From an uncultured Actinomycetota bacterium (GTDB lineage Bacteria; Actinomycetota; Actinomycetes; JAHEKZ01): 64,000 bases of DNA. Under the pieces are notes generated by a model. The model was not told where the DNA came from. It saw only the letters and a list, made by a program, of their open reading frames with translations, and made no database searches. Shown here in pieces: positions 49,147-58,590 of the stretch (position 1 is its first letter; each line of letters opens with the position of its first letter). The DNA is taken from the NCBI GenBank assembly GCA_963718235.1, contig CAVQYR010000001.1:416001-480000 (forward strand), read 5' to 3'. The position numbers were made by a program, and so were the translations under genes.

Positions 49147-51489
49147 ATGTCCGTGGTCCGTCTCGCCGACAGCGGTGTGAGCCTGAGCCTCAGCGGGGCC
49201 AACCTCACGTATGTCGTCATCGTTGCCCTCATCGCCCTGGGCGCCCTGGTGGTGGCCGGCCTGCTCGTGCGTGAGGTGCTGGCAGCCAGTGAGGGCACGC
49301 CGAAGATGCAGGAGATCGCGCTCGCGGTCCAGGAGGGTGCTGCGGCGTACCTGCAGCGGCAGTTCCGCACCCTGAGCATCTTCGCGGTCGTGGTGTTCTT
49401 CCTGCTGTTCCTGCTGCCCGCCGAGACCACCAGCCTCAAGATCGGCCGCTCGGCCTTCTTCGTGGTCGGTGCGCTGTTCTCCGCGATCACCGGGTACGTC
49501 GGGATGTGGCTGGCCGTGCGGGCCAACGTCCGGATGGCAGCGGCGGCCAACGACTCCGGCGAGCAGCGGGCCATGCGGATCGCGTTCCGTACCGGCGGCG
49601 TCGCCGGCATGTTCACCGTCGGTCTCGGGCTGTTCGGCGCCGCGGTCGTCGTGCTGATCTACCAAGGCGACGCGCCGACCGTCCTCGAAGGGTTCGGCTT
49701 CGGTGCCGCCATGCTCGCCATGTTCATGCGGGTCGGCGGTGGGATCTTCACCAAGGCGGCCGACGTCGGCGCCGACCTGGTGGGCAAGGTCGAGCAGGGA
49801 ATCCCTGAGGACGACCCCCGCAACGCGGCCACGATCGCCGACAACGTCGGTGACAACGTTGGTGACTGTGCCGGTATGGCGGCCGACCTGTTCGAGTCGT
49901 ACGCGGTCATGCTCGTGGCGGCGCTCATCCTCGGCAAGGCGGCTTTCGGCGAGCTGGGGCTGGTCTTCCCGCTGATCGTCCCGGCCATCGGGGTCATCAC
50001 TGCGGTCATCGGCATCTTCGCGGTGTCCCCGCGTGTGACCGACCGGTCCGGTATGAGCGCGATCAACCGTGGGTTCTTCATCTCGGCCGCCGTCTCGGCG
50101 GTGCTGGTCGTGATCGCGAGCTTTGCGTTCCTGCCCGACTCGATGGTCAAGTTCAAGGGCCTGAACCTGGAGGGGCTGGGTCTCACCGTCGCCAAGCTGA
50201 CCGCCTTCAACCCTCGAGTCCTGGCGATCGGGGCGGTCTTCATCGGCATCGTGCTTGCGGCGGCCATCCAGCAGCTGACCGGTTACTTCACCGAGACCAA
50301 CCGACGTCCGGTCGACGACGTGTCGAAGTCGTCACTGACCGGCCCGGCGACGGTCATCCTCACCGGCATCTCGATCGGTCTGGAGTCGGCGGTCTACTCC
50401 GCTCTTCTCATCGGTGCTGCAGTGTTCGGTGCCTCTCTGCTCGGCGGTGGGTCGGTCACCCTGTCCCTGTTTGCCATCGCCCTGGCGGGTACGGGTCTGC
50501 TGACCACCGTCGGCGTCATCGTGGCCATGGACACCTTCGGGCCGGTGTCCGACAACGCCCAGGGCATCGCGGAGATGTCCGGTGACGTGCACGGTGAAGG
50601 TGCCCGGGTGCTCAGCAGCCTCGACGCCGTCGGCAACACCACCAAGGCAATCACCAAGGGCATCGCGATCGCGACGGCCGTCCTGGCCGCCACAGCGTTG
50701 TTCGGCTCCTTCCGGGAGGGAGTCTTCGGAGCCGTCGCCAAGACCGGCGACGCCGTCAGCGCGCTCAACAGCCAGGACGCGTTGCAGTACTTCGGAGTCC
50801 TCAACGTCGGTGACCCGAAGAACCTGGTGGGACTGCTGATCGGCGCCTCGGTGGTGTTCTTGTTCTCCGGCCTCGCCATCAACGCAGTGTCCCGGGCAGC
50901 GGGAGCGGTGATCTTCGAGGTTCGCCGGCAGTTCCGCGAGCACCCGGGGATCATGGACTACTCCGAGCGGCCCGAGTACGGCAGGGTCGTCGACATCGTC
51001 ACCCGTGACTCGCTGCGTGAGCTGGCGACCCCCGGTCTGCTCGCCGTCATGACCCCGATCGCGGTCGGGTTCGGCCTCGGCGTGGGCGCGCTCGGCTCGT
51101 ACCTGGCCGGCACCATCGCCACTGGCACCTTGATGGCGGTGTTCCTGGCCAACTCCGGTGGCGCCTGGGACAACGCGAAGAAGTTCGTCGAGGACGGCAA
51201 CTACGGTGGCAAGGGTTCACCAGCCCACGAGGCCACGGTGATCGGCGACACCGTCGGAGACCCGTTCAAGGACACCGCCGGTCCCGCGATCAACCCGCTG
51301 ATCAAGGTGATGAACCTGGTGGCTCTGCTGATCGCTCCGGCCGTCGTCCAGCTTTGGATCGGCAGCGACGCCAACGCCGGGCTCCGAACGGTCATCGCGC
51401 TGGTGGCGGTCGGCATCGTGGTCGCAGCTGTCGCGTTCAGCAAGCGTCCGCACGCCGACGTCACCGAGGAAGTCGCTTCCGCGTCCTGA
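49147..51489 (+). CDS. hppA: Membrane-bound ion-pumping pyrophosphatase, K+-independent H+-PPase signature
   Basis: GGIFTKAADVGADLVGKVE, DNVGDNVGD, GNTTKA (Lys at the K+-determining position), GDTVGDPFKD. Confidence 0.95.
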   Translation: MSVVRLADSGVSLSLSGANLTYVVIVALIALGALVVAGLLVREVLAASEGTPKMQEIALAVQEGAAAYLQRQFRTLSIFAVVVFFLLFLLPAETTSLKIGRSAFFVVGALFSAITGYVGMWLAVRANVRMAAAANDSGEQRAMRIAFRTGGVAGMFTVGLGLFGAAVVVLIYQGDAPTVLEGFGFGAAMLAMFMRVGGGIFTKAADVGADLVGKVEQGIPEDDPRNAATIADNVGDNVGDCAGMAADLFESYAVMLVAALILGKAAFGELGLVFPLIVPAIGVITAVIGIFAVSPRVTDRSGMSAINRGFFISAAVSAVLVVIASFAFLPDSMVKFKGLNLEGLGLTVAKLTAFNPRVLAIGAVFIGIVLAAAIQQLTGYFTETNRRPVDDVSKSSLTGPATVILTGISIGLESAVYSALLIGAAVFGASLLGGGSVTLSLFAIALAGTGLLTTVGVIVAMDTFGPVSDNAQGIAEMSGDVHGEGARVLSSLDAVGNTTKAITKGIAIATAVLAATALFGSFREGVFGAVAKTGDAVSALNSQDALQYFGVLNVGDPKNLVGLLIGASVVFLFSGLAINAVSRAAGAVIFEVRRQFREHPGIMDYSERPEYGRVVDIVTRDSLRELATPGLLAVMTPIAVGFGLGVGALGSYLAGTIATGTLMAVFLANSGGAWDNAKKFVEDGNYGGKGSPAHEATVIGDTVGDPFKDTAGPAINPLIKVMNLVALLIAPAVVQLWIGSDANAGLRTVIALVAVGIVVAAVAFSKRPHADVTEEVASAS

Positions 51490-51492
51490 CGC

Positions 51493-52953
51493 ATGAACGG
51501 GCCGCGCCGGCTGGCTGTGCGGCTTGCCGAGATCGGGTACGACGCCGACGGGGTCGAGCAGCTGCTCGGCCCCGTCGCTGCGTCGGCGCACACACGTGGT
51601 GACGACCTCGCGGCGTTGCGCACGCTGCGATCCGACGGTTCCGCCCGGTCGACCGTCGTCCGGCTGCTCCTGCTCGCCGACGTCGTCGCCAGGTCCGACC
51701 TCGGCGTGGCACTGGGAGACACCCTCGACGTGATCGAGCCGTACCTCGTCGGCGGCGACGAGGTACGGTGCCGGCTGGAGATCGCGCCGTACGCCGTCGA
51801 CGACCACGACTGGTACGTGGCGGCCGACTGGTCACCCCTGCGCAGCGGTCAGCCGATGGCGTCCGACCACGTGCTCGGCGTCGGTGGTGCGTCGACCATG
51901 CTCGCCCAGTGCACGGTGCGTCGAGACGTGGCTACGGCGCTGGACCTGGGTACCGGGTGTGGTGTGCAGGCCATGCACCTCGCGCAGCACTCGGCGCAGG
52001 TGGTGGCGACAGACATCAGCGGACGGTGCCTCGAGCTGGCATCACTCACCTTCGCCATGAACGACCTCTCCGTCGAGCTGCGACAGGGGAACCTTTTCGA
52101 CCCGGTCATCGGACGTCGGTTCGACAGCATCGTGTCGAACCCACCGTTCGTGATCGCCGCCCCGCCCGCGGAGCGGCACGACTACCGCGACTCGGGCCTG
52201 CCCGGCGACGACGTGTGTGCCCGCCTCGTCCGGCAGATGGGGCAGCACCTCGCCGACGGCGGATTCGGTCAGCTGCTGGCGAACTGGGGGATCCGGTCGG
52301 GCGAGGAGTGGCACGACGTGCCGCGGAAGTGGCTGGCCGACTCGGCCCTCGACGCCTGGGTCGTGCAGCGGGAGGTCCAGGACCCGGCCGCCTACGTCGC
52401 CCTCTGGCTGCGCGACTCCGGGGCGGACCGGGCACCCGACCACGCGCAGCGCTACGACGCGTGGCTGTCCGCACTCGAGGGGCGCGGGGTGGTCGGGATC
52501 GGTTTCGGGCTGGTGAACCTCCACGCCGGCGGGCGGGACGAGCCGGTGCGGCGACTGCAGCACGTGGACCAGGCGCTGGCCCAGCCCGTCGGACCCGACG
52601 TCCGAGCGTGGTTCGACCGGCAGGACGCCCTCATGGCCCACCCTGGAGCCGAGGTGCTCACCCTGATGCTCAGCGTGGCCGACGACGTCCGGATCGACCA
52701 GCGGTGGCACCCCGGTGGGGCCGAGCCGGTCGAGACCGTCGTCCTGCGTGAGAACGGGTTCCGGTTCGCCGGGTCGCTGGACGCCTTCGGGGCCGCGCTG
52801 CTCGACGACCTGGCCGAGCGGGGGCCCGAGGTGCCGGTGGGGGCGCTGGTGGTCGCTCGGGCCGAGGCGGAGGGCCTCGACGTCCAGGCCACTCTGGAGG
52901 GCTCGGTGCCCGTGCTGCGACGACTCGTCGAGGAGGGCTTTCTCGTCCCGTGA
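51493..52953 (+). CDS. Class I SAM-dependent N-methyltransferase (NPPF type)
   Basis: HVLGVGGAS, LDLGTGCGVQ, VSNPPFVI; conserved position before topA. Confidence 0.88.
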   Translation: MNGPRRLAVRLAEIGYDADGVEQLLGPVAASAHTRGDDLAALRTLRSDGSARSTVVRLLLLADVVARSDLGVALGDTLDVIEPYLVGGDEVRCRLEIAPYAVDDHDWYVAADWSPLRSGQPMASDHVLGVGGASTMLAQCTVRRDVATALDLGTGCGVQAMHLAQHSAQVVATDISGRCLELASLTFAMNDLSVELRQGNLFDPVIGRRFDSIVSNPPFVIAAPPAERHDYRDSGLPGDDVCARLVRQMGQHLADGGFGQLLANWGIRSGEEWHDVPRKWLADSALDAWVVQREVQDPAAYVALWLRDSGADRAPDHAQRYDAWLSALEGRGVVGIGFGLVNLHAGGRDEPVRRLQHVDQALAQPVGPDVRAWFDRQDALMAHPGAEVLTLMLSVADDVRIDQRWHPGGAEPVETVVLRENGFRFAGSLDAFGAALLDDLAERGPEVPVGALVVARAEAEGLDVQATLEGSVPVLRRLVEEGFLVP

Positions 52954-53068
52954 GCGCCTTGGGCGGGGGCGCTGCGTTTGACAAGCCCCCTCGGGCTACC
53001 GTCACACTCCGGGCGCCGGCCCTGTCCGGGTTGCCGGCAGGTCGACCAACGAGGTGAGGAGTACCCGC

Positions 53069-55678
53069 GTGGCCACCGAGGAGTCCGCGAGCCGCGGTCG
53101 CCGTCTGGTGATCGTCGAGTCGCCGGCCAAGGCCAAGACGATCCGGGGCTACCTCGGCTCGGGGTACGACGTCGAGGCCAGCGTCGGCCACATCCGGGAC
53201 CTGCCACAACGGGCGTCGGAGATCCCCGCCAAGCTCAAGGGCGAGAAGTGGGCCCGGCTCGGCGTCGACGTCGAGCACGACTTCGAGCCCCTCTACGTGG
53301 TCGACAGCGACAAGAAGAGCAAGGTCGCCGAGCTGAGGAAGAAGCTCGCTGCGGCCGACGAGCTGCTGCTCGCCACAGATGAGGACCGCGAGGGCGAGGC
53401 GATCGCCTGGCACCTGCTGCAGGTGCTCAAGCCCAAGGTGCCGGTGCACCGGATGGTCTTCCACGAGATCACCCCCGAGGCGATCCGGGCGGCGGTGGAC
53501 AGCCCTCGCGAGCTCGACCAGCGCCTCGTCGACGCCCAGGAGACCCGGCGGATCATCGACCGGCTGTACGGGTACGAGGTGTCGCCCGTGCTGTGGAAGA
53601 AGGTCATGCAGGGGCTGTCGGCCGGCCGGGTCCAGTCGGTGGCGACCCGGCTCGTGGTCGAGCGGGAACGCGAGCGGATGGCGTTCGTCACCGCGTCGTA
53701 CTGGGACGTCGAAGGGCTGTTCGAGCCGGGCCGGTTCACCGCCAAGCTCGTGGCGGTCGACGGCAGGCGGGTCGCCCAGGGCCGCGACTTCGACTCGCAG
53801 GGGTTGCTCAAGACCCGCGACGCCGTGGTGCTCGACGAGGCCGCGGTGCTGCAGCTCGTCGAGGGTCTCGCCGAGGCGACCTTCGCCGTTCGGTCGGTGG
53901 AGGAGAAGCCCTACCGCCGCTCGCCTGCGGCGCCGTTCATCACCTCGACGCTGCAGCAGGAGGCCAGCCGCAAGCTGCGGATGAGCGCACAGGTCGCGAT
54001 GCGAGTGGCGCAGCGGTTGTACGAGAACGGCTACATCACCTACATGCGTACCGACTCCACCACCTTGTCGCAGACGGCGATCGCCGCCGCGCGGGCACAG
54101 GTGGCGCAGCTGTTCGGCGCCGACCACGTGCACGACAAGCCGCGCACCTACGCCAAGAAGGTCAAGAACGCGCAGGAGGCTCACGAGGCGATTCGTCCGG
54201 CCGGTGACCACTTCCGCACGCCGGGCGAGCTGGCAGGTGAGCTCTCCCGTGACGAGCTCGCGCTGTACGAGCTGATCTGGAAACGAACGCTGGCCTCGCA
54301 GATGGCCGACGCGACGGGCAGCACGATGACGGTGCGACTCGGTGCGACGACCGCAGCGGGTGTCGACGCGGAGTTCTCGGCCGCGGGCACGGTCATCAGT
54401 CGCCGTGGGTTCCTCGCGGTGTACGAGGAGGGGCGCGACGACGAGACGGCGTCCGACGACGACGAGCGACGGCTCCCGGCGTTGAAGGTGGGTGACGCAC
54501 TGACGGCGTCGACGCTGCAGCCCGACGGGCATGCGACCACGCCGCCGCCGCGCTACACCGAGGCGACCATCGTGAAGGCGCTCGAGGAGCGCGGGATCGG
54601 TCGACCCTCGACGTACGCGTCGATCATCGGCACGATCTTGGACCGCGGCTACGTCTTCAAGCGCGGCAGCGCCCTGGTTCCGTCGTTCCTGGCCTTCGCT
54701 GTCATCAAGCTGATGGAGGAGAACTTCGGCGACCTCGTCGACTACGACTTCACCGCGCGCATGGAGGCGGTGCTCGACACCGTCGCCGACGGAGGGACGG
54801 ACCGCCTCGACGTCCTGAAGGGCTTCTACTTCGGAGACCCGTCGCGGGAGTTCCCGGGGCTGAGCCCTCTGGTCACCAGCTTCGGTGACATCGACGCACG
54901 GGCCGTCAACTCCTTCCCCCTGGGTGACGGCGTGGTGCTGCGGGTCGGCCGTTACGGACCGTACGTCGAGCGGGGTGAGGGTGAGACGGCCGAGCGCGCG
55001 AACGTCCCGGCCGACCTGGCGCCCGAGGAGCTCACGCTGCAGAAGGCAGAGGAGCTGCTCGCCCAGCCCAGCGGCGACCGCGAGCTGGGCATCGACCCGA
55101 AGACCGGCCTTGCGGTTGTGGCCAAGTCGGGTCGCTACGGCCCCTACGTCACCGAGGTGCTCCCCGACGACGCCCCGAAGTCGGCCAAGCCGCGAACGGC
55201 GTCGCTGTTCAAGGACATGAGCCTGGACACGATCACGCTGGACGTCGCCCTGCAGCTGCTGACGCTGCCGCGCGTCGTCGGCGTCGACCCGTCCGACGAG
55301 CTGGAGATCACCGCCCAGAACGGCCGGTACGGCCCGTACCTCAAGAAGGGCAGCGACTCCCGATCCCTGGAGTCCGAGCCGCAGCTGTTCAGCGTCACGC
55401 TGGACGAGGCGCTCGCGATCTACGCCCAGCCCAAGCAGCGCGGACGCCGTGCGGCGGCGCCGCCCCTGCGCGAGCTGGGCGCCGACCCGTCCAGCGGCCA
55501 GCCGATCGTGGTCAAGGACGGACGGTTCGGGCCCTACGTGACCGACGGCGAGACGAACGCGACGCTGCGCAAGGCCGATGCGGTCGAGTCGGTGTCGCTG
55601 GACCGGGCGATGGAGCTGCTGGCGGAGAAGCGGGCCAAGGGCCCGGCCCCCAAGAAGCGCGCCGCCCGCAAGCGCTGA
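53069..55678 (+). CDS. topA: DNA topoisomerase I (actinobacterial type with C-terminal repeats)
   Basis: LVIVESPAKAK, ATDEDREGE, SAGRVQS, GYITYMRTD, repeated GRYGPY units, Lys-rich tail. Confidence 0.98.
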   Translation: MATEESASRGRRLVIVESPAKAKTIRGYLGSGYDVEASVGHIRDLPQRASEIPAKLKGEKWARLGVDVEHDFEPLYVVDSDKKSKVAELRKKLAAADELLLATDEDREGEAIAWHLLQVLKPKVPVHRMVFHEITPEAIRAAVDSPRELDQRLVDAQETRRIIDRLYGYEVSPVLWKKVMQGLSAGRVQSVATRLVVERERERMAFVTASYWDVEGLFEPGRFTAKLVAVDGRRVAQGRDFDSQGLLKTRDAVVLDEAAVLQLVEGLAEATFAVRSVEEKPYRRSPAAPFITSTLQQEASRKLRMSAQVAMRVAQRLYENGYITYMRTDSTTLSQTAIAAARAQVAQLFGADHVHDKPRTYAKKVKNAQEAHEAIRPAGDHFRTPGELAGELSRDELALYELIWKRTLASQMADATGSTMTVRLGATTAAGVDAEFSAAGTVISRRGFLAVYEEGRDDETASDDDERRLPALKVGDALTASTLQPDGHATTPPPRYTEATIVKALEERGIGRPSTYASIIGTILDRGYVFKRGSALVPSFLAFAVIKLMEENFGDLVDYDFTARMEAVLDTVADGGTDRLDVLKGFYFGDPSREFPGLSPLVTSFGDIDARAVNSFPLGDGVVLRVGRYGPYVERGEGETAERANVPADLAPEELTLQKAEELLAQPSGDRELGIDPKTGLAVVAKSGRYGPYVTEVLPDDAPKSAKPRTASLFKDMSLDTITLDVALQLLTLPRVVGVDPSDELEITAQNGRYGPYLKKGSDSRSLESEPQLFSVTLDEALAIYAQPKQRGRRAAAPPLRELGADPSSGQPIVVKDGRFGPYVTDGETNATLRKADAVESVSLDRAMELLAEKRAKGPAPKKRAARKR

Positions 55679-55680
55679 CC

Positions 55681-55737
55681 CCCCGTTTCGCGCCCGATCG
55701 GGCCCGAATCGGGCCCGATCGGGCGCGAAACCGGGAT
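55681..55737. repeat. REP-like palindrome, left copy
   Basis: GTTTCGCGCCCGATCGGGCCCG-AAT-CGGGCCCGATCGGGCGCGAAAC, perfect 22-bp stem (55685-55731). Confidence 0.93.
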
Positions 55738-56618
55738 CAGGCGGCGGTGAGCTGACGGATCTGGGCCACCACGAGCTGGGGGCGGTCGGCGAGGTCGGCC
55801 CAGGTGAAGCGGAGCACCCGGTAGCCGGCCTGGAGCAGTCGGTTGCTCTTGTCGCGGTCCCGCTGGAACACCTCCCGCTGGCTGTGCACGTGGTAGCCGT
55901 CGATCTCGACGACGACCCGTTGCCGGGGGAACAGCACGTCGACCTCACCGATGCCGGCGAGCACGACGTTGGCCCGCCAACCGCTGATGCCCGCGCCGCG
56001 GAGGAGCTGGTGCAGGCGCAGCTCGCCGAACGAGCGGCCGCCCGCGTCGAGCAGCCGCACGATGGCCATGAGCTGGGGGGTCCCGTGGCACCCGGCCCGG
56101 CCGCTCGCATCGGCGGCGAGCTCGTCGACGGTGATCCACCGGCGGTGCAGGGCCTCGCGAGCAACGTCGACGGCCGCACGCCAGGGCAGGGAGGCGGCCA
56201 GGTCGACCGCCGTACGGCGCCGTGTGGTGACGGGGATGCCGAGTGCCGTCGTCACGTCGGCGGGCTCGAGCGGTGCGCTGCTGTGGGCGGTCAACCCGCG
56301 GACCTTCGGGTGGTTGCCCCGGGCCACGTGCACGTGGGCGTGCAGGTCGTCTCGCACGTCGGCCAGGCCGTGCAGCTCGGCGGCCGTGTGCAGGCCGGCC
56401 ACTCCTGGGCCGACCAGGGTCGCCGCTTGAGCCCGCTGAGGCACCCCGATCGGTGTCCCACCCTGGACATAGCTGGGACCGAGCACCGGGAGCCACTGCC
56501 GGGTCGCCACCATGCGTCGCTCCCGCTTGGCGGTCACACCCAGGGCCCGCAGCTGGGGTCGGGTGAACACGCCGTGCTGGGTGGCGAGCAGCTCGGCGAG
56601 GTCGGGCAGCGCGGTCAT
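55737..56618 (-). CDS. AbiEi-like N-terminal domain plus DUF559 (Vsr-like) endonuclease domain protein
   Basis: QHGVFTRPQL...W N-terminus, PVTT..RTAVDLA middle, EVDVLF...VVVEIDG..H...RD......L...GYRVLRFTW C-terminus. Confidence 0.88.
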   Translation of the reverse strand: MTALPDLAELLATQHGVFTRPQLRALGVTAKRERRMVATRQWLPVLGPSYVQGGTPIGVPQRAQAATLVGPGVAGLHTAAELHGLADVRDDLHAHVHVARGNHPKVRGLTAHSSAPLEPADVTTALGIPVTTRRRTAVDLAASLPWRAAVDVAREALHRRWITVDELAADASGRAGCHGTPQLMAIVRLLDAGGRSFGELRLHQLLRGAGISGWRANVVLAGIGEVDVLFPRQRVVVEIDGYHVHSQREVFQRDRDKSNRLLQAGYRVLRFTWADLADRPQLVVAQIRQLTAA

Positions 56619-56669
56619 CGCGGCACTATCGCCGGTGGGCGGGCTCGCCCGTCCCGACCGTCCACAGCT

Positions 56670-56726
56670 CCCCGTTTCGCGCCCGATCACGCCCGAATCG
56701 GGCGTGATCGGGCGCGAGACCGCGAT
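56670..56726. repeat. REP-like palindrome, right copy
   Basis: GTTTCGCGCCCGATCACGCCCG-AAT-CGGGCGTGATCGGGCGCGAGAC, 22-bp stem with one G.T pair (56674-56720); 51/57 identical to the left copy. Confidence 0.93.
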
Positions 56727-56741
56727 GGGTAGGGTCGATGG

Positions 56742-57359
56742 GTGAGTTCAGGGGTGTTCGTGGCGCTCGAGGGTGGCGAGGGCGCGGGCAAGTCGACCCA
56801 GCTGGACCTGCTCCAGAGGTGGCTCGGCGAGCAGGGTCACGAGGTCGTGGTCACCCGCGAGCCCGGCGGCACCCCGCTCGGTCGGCGGCTGCGCACGCTG
56901 CTCCTGGACCACGACACCGGCCCGCTGGCCCCCAGGGCCGAGGCGCTGCTCTACGCCGCTGACCGGGCCGAGCACGTGGCCGACGTCGTACGGCCGGCGC
57001 TGACCCGCGGAGCCGTCGTCCTGACCGACCGGTACATCGACTCGTCGATCGCGTACCAGGGCGCGGGGCGTGCGCTCGACCCGTCGGACATCGCCCGGAT
57101 CAGCGCCTGGGCCACCGAGGACCTACTGCCGGACCTGACCGTGGTGCTCGACATCGACCCGGTCGTCGGGCTCTCCCGGTTCGCCGACACCCCCGACCGG
57201 CTGGAGGCCGAGCCACTGCAGTTCCACCGGGCGGTGCGCCAGGGCTTCCTCACACTGGCGGCGGCGCAGCCCGACCGGTACCTGGTGGTCGACGCGGCGC
57301 TGACTCCCGAGCTCGTCCAGGACGAGATCCGCCGCGCGTTGATCCGAGTGCTCCCTTGA
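56742..57359 (+). CDS. tmk: Thymidylate kinase
   Basis: EGGEGAGKSTQ, TREPGG, LLYAADRAEH, DRYIDSSIAYQG. Confidence 0.97.
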   Translation: MSSGVFVALEGGEGAGKSTQLDLLQRWLGEQGHEVVVTREPGGTPLGRRLRTLLLDHDTGPLAPRAEALLYAADRAEHVADVVRPALTRGAVVLTDRYIDSSIAYQGAGRALDPSDIARISAWATEDLLPDLTVVLDIDPVVGLSRFADTPDRLEAEPLQFHRAVRQGFLTLAAAQPDRYLVVDAALTPELVQDEIRRALIRVLP

Positions 57360-58543
57360 GCGTCTTCGACGCGTTGGTGGGCCAGCCGCACGTGGTCGCC
57401 GCACTGACCACAGCGACGACGGCCGCGCAGGACTCACTCGACGGCGGCCCCGGCGTGGGGATGACCCAGGCCTGGCTCTTCACCGGGCCGCCGGGCTCCG
57501 GGCGGTCGACCGCGGCCCGCGCCTTCGCCGCGGCGCTGCAGTGTGACAGTGGCGGGTGCGGCGCCTGCTCGGCTTGTCACACCGCGCTCATCGGCACCCA
57601 CTCGGACGTGCGGATCATCTCCACCGAGCTGCTGTCGATCGGGGTCGCCGAGGCCCGCGGGCTGGTACTCGAGGCCTCGGCCCGGCCGTCCCGTGGTCGC
57701 TGGCGGGTGCTGCTCATCGAGGACGCCGACCGGCTCACCCCCGAGGCGAACAACGCGCTGCTGAAGGTCCTGGAGGAGCCGACGTCGAACACGGTGTGGC
57801 TGCTGTGCGCCCCGTCGGTCGACGACGTGCTCCCGACGATCCGCTCGCGGGTCCGCCACGTCACGCTGGTGACGCCGTCGACCCAGGCGGTCGCCGACCA
57901 CCTGGTTCGTACCGCAGGGGTGACCCCGGAGATGGCCGCCTTCGCCGCCCGGGCGTCGCAGGGCCACATCGGGCGGGCCCGCGGGCTGGCCACCGACGAG
58001 GCCAGCCGGCTGAGGCGCGCGGAGGTGCTGCGGATGCCGTTGGCGCTGCGCGACCTCGGTGAGGCCATGGCGGCTGCGCAGAACCTCGTCGACGCAGCCA
58101 CCGAGGACGCCGAGGAGCGCACGGGCGAGCGGGACCCCCAGGAGCGCGCCGAGCTCGCCCGCGCGCTCGGCGTCGAGAACCCGCAACGGGTTCCGCACTG
58201 GGCGGCACCACAGTTCAAGGCGTTGAAGGAGATGCAGGCCAAGCGGGCAAAGCGGGCCGTGCGCGACAGCCTCGATCGGATGCTGCTCGACCTCTCGTCG
58301 TTCTACCGCGACGTGCTGGCCGTGCAGGTCGGCGCCCCGGTCGAGCTGGTCAACGCCGAGCTGGCGAACGACGTCGGCCAGGTCGCTCGCGCCGGTACCC
58401 CCGAAGGCACCCTTCGCCGCCTGGAGGCCATCCAGCTCGCGCGGCTGCGGGTCGGGGCGGTGCGCGACGAGACCGGCCAGGCCCGCAGTGGTGCGCCGCA
58501 GCTGGTGACCGAGGCGATGATGGTTACCTTGTCTCAAGGATGA
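57356..58543 (+). CDS. holB: DNA polymerase III subunit delta'
   Basis: AWLFTGPPGSGRS, Zn cysteines, EDADRL, NALLKVLEEP, LPTIRSR; follows tmk. Confidence 0.94.
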   Translation: MSVFDALVGQPHVVAALTTATTAAQDSLDGGPGVGMTQAWLFTGPPGSGRSTAARAFAAALQCDSGGCGACSACHTALIGTHSDVRIISTELLSIGVAEARGLVLEASARPSRGRWRVLLIEDADRLTPEANNALLKVLEEPTSNTVWLLCAPSVDDVLPTIRSRVRHVTLVTPSTQAVADHLVRTAGVTPEMAAFAARASQGHIGRARGLATDEASRLRRAEVLRMPLALRDLGEAMAAAQNLVDAATEDAEERTGERDPQERAELARALGVENPQRVPHWAAPQFKALKEMQAKRAKRAVRDSLDRMLLDLSSFYRDVLAVQVGAPVELVNAELANDVGQVARAGTPEGTLRRLEAIQLARLRVGAVRDETGQARSGAPQLVTEAMMVTLSQG

Positions 58544-58581
58544 CCGACCCAACCAGACCGAACCAAACCGAACCGAACCAA
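58543..58581 (+). repeat. Degenerate 5-nt (CCRAA-like) microsatellite upstream of an RBS
   Basis: ACCGACCCAACCAGACCGAACCAAACCGAACCGAACCAA. Confidence 0.7.
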
Positions 58582-58590
58582 GGAGTGACC

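Larger units (their letters stand above)
55681..56726. mobile_element. Putative palindrome-flanked nuclease cassette inserted between topA and tmk
   Basis: Two 57-nt direct repeats, each a 22-bp hairpin, bracket a single AbiEi-like/DUF559 gene; mobility is inferred, not shown. Confidence 0.5.

Noticed and set aside
52670-56179. 1169-aa ORF antisense to topA, and many similar long antisense or alternate-frame ORFs
   Set aside because: Shadow ORFs expected from stop-codon scarcity in high-GC DNA; no recognisable motifs, and they overlap well-supported genes.
55681-56726. Palindromic repeats as a CRISPR array or IS terminal inverted repeats
   Set aside because: Only two copies 989 nt apart, no spacers or cas genes, no transposase and no evident target-site duplication.
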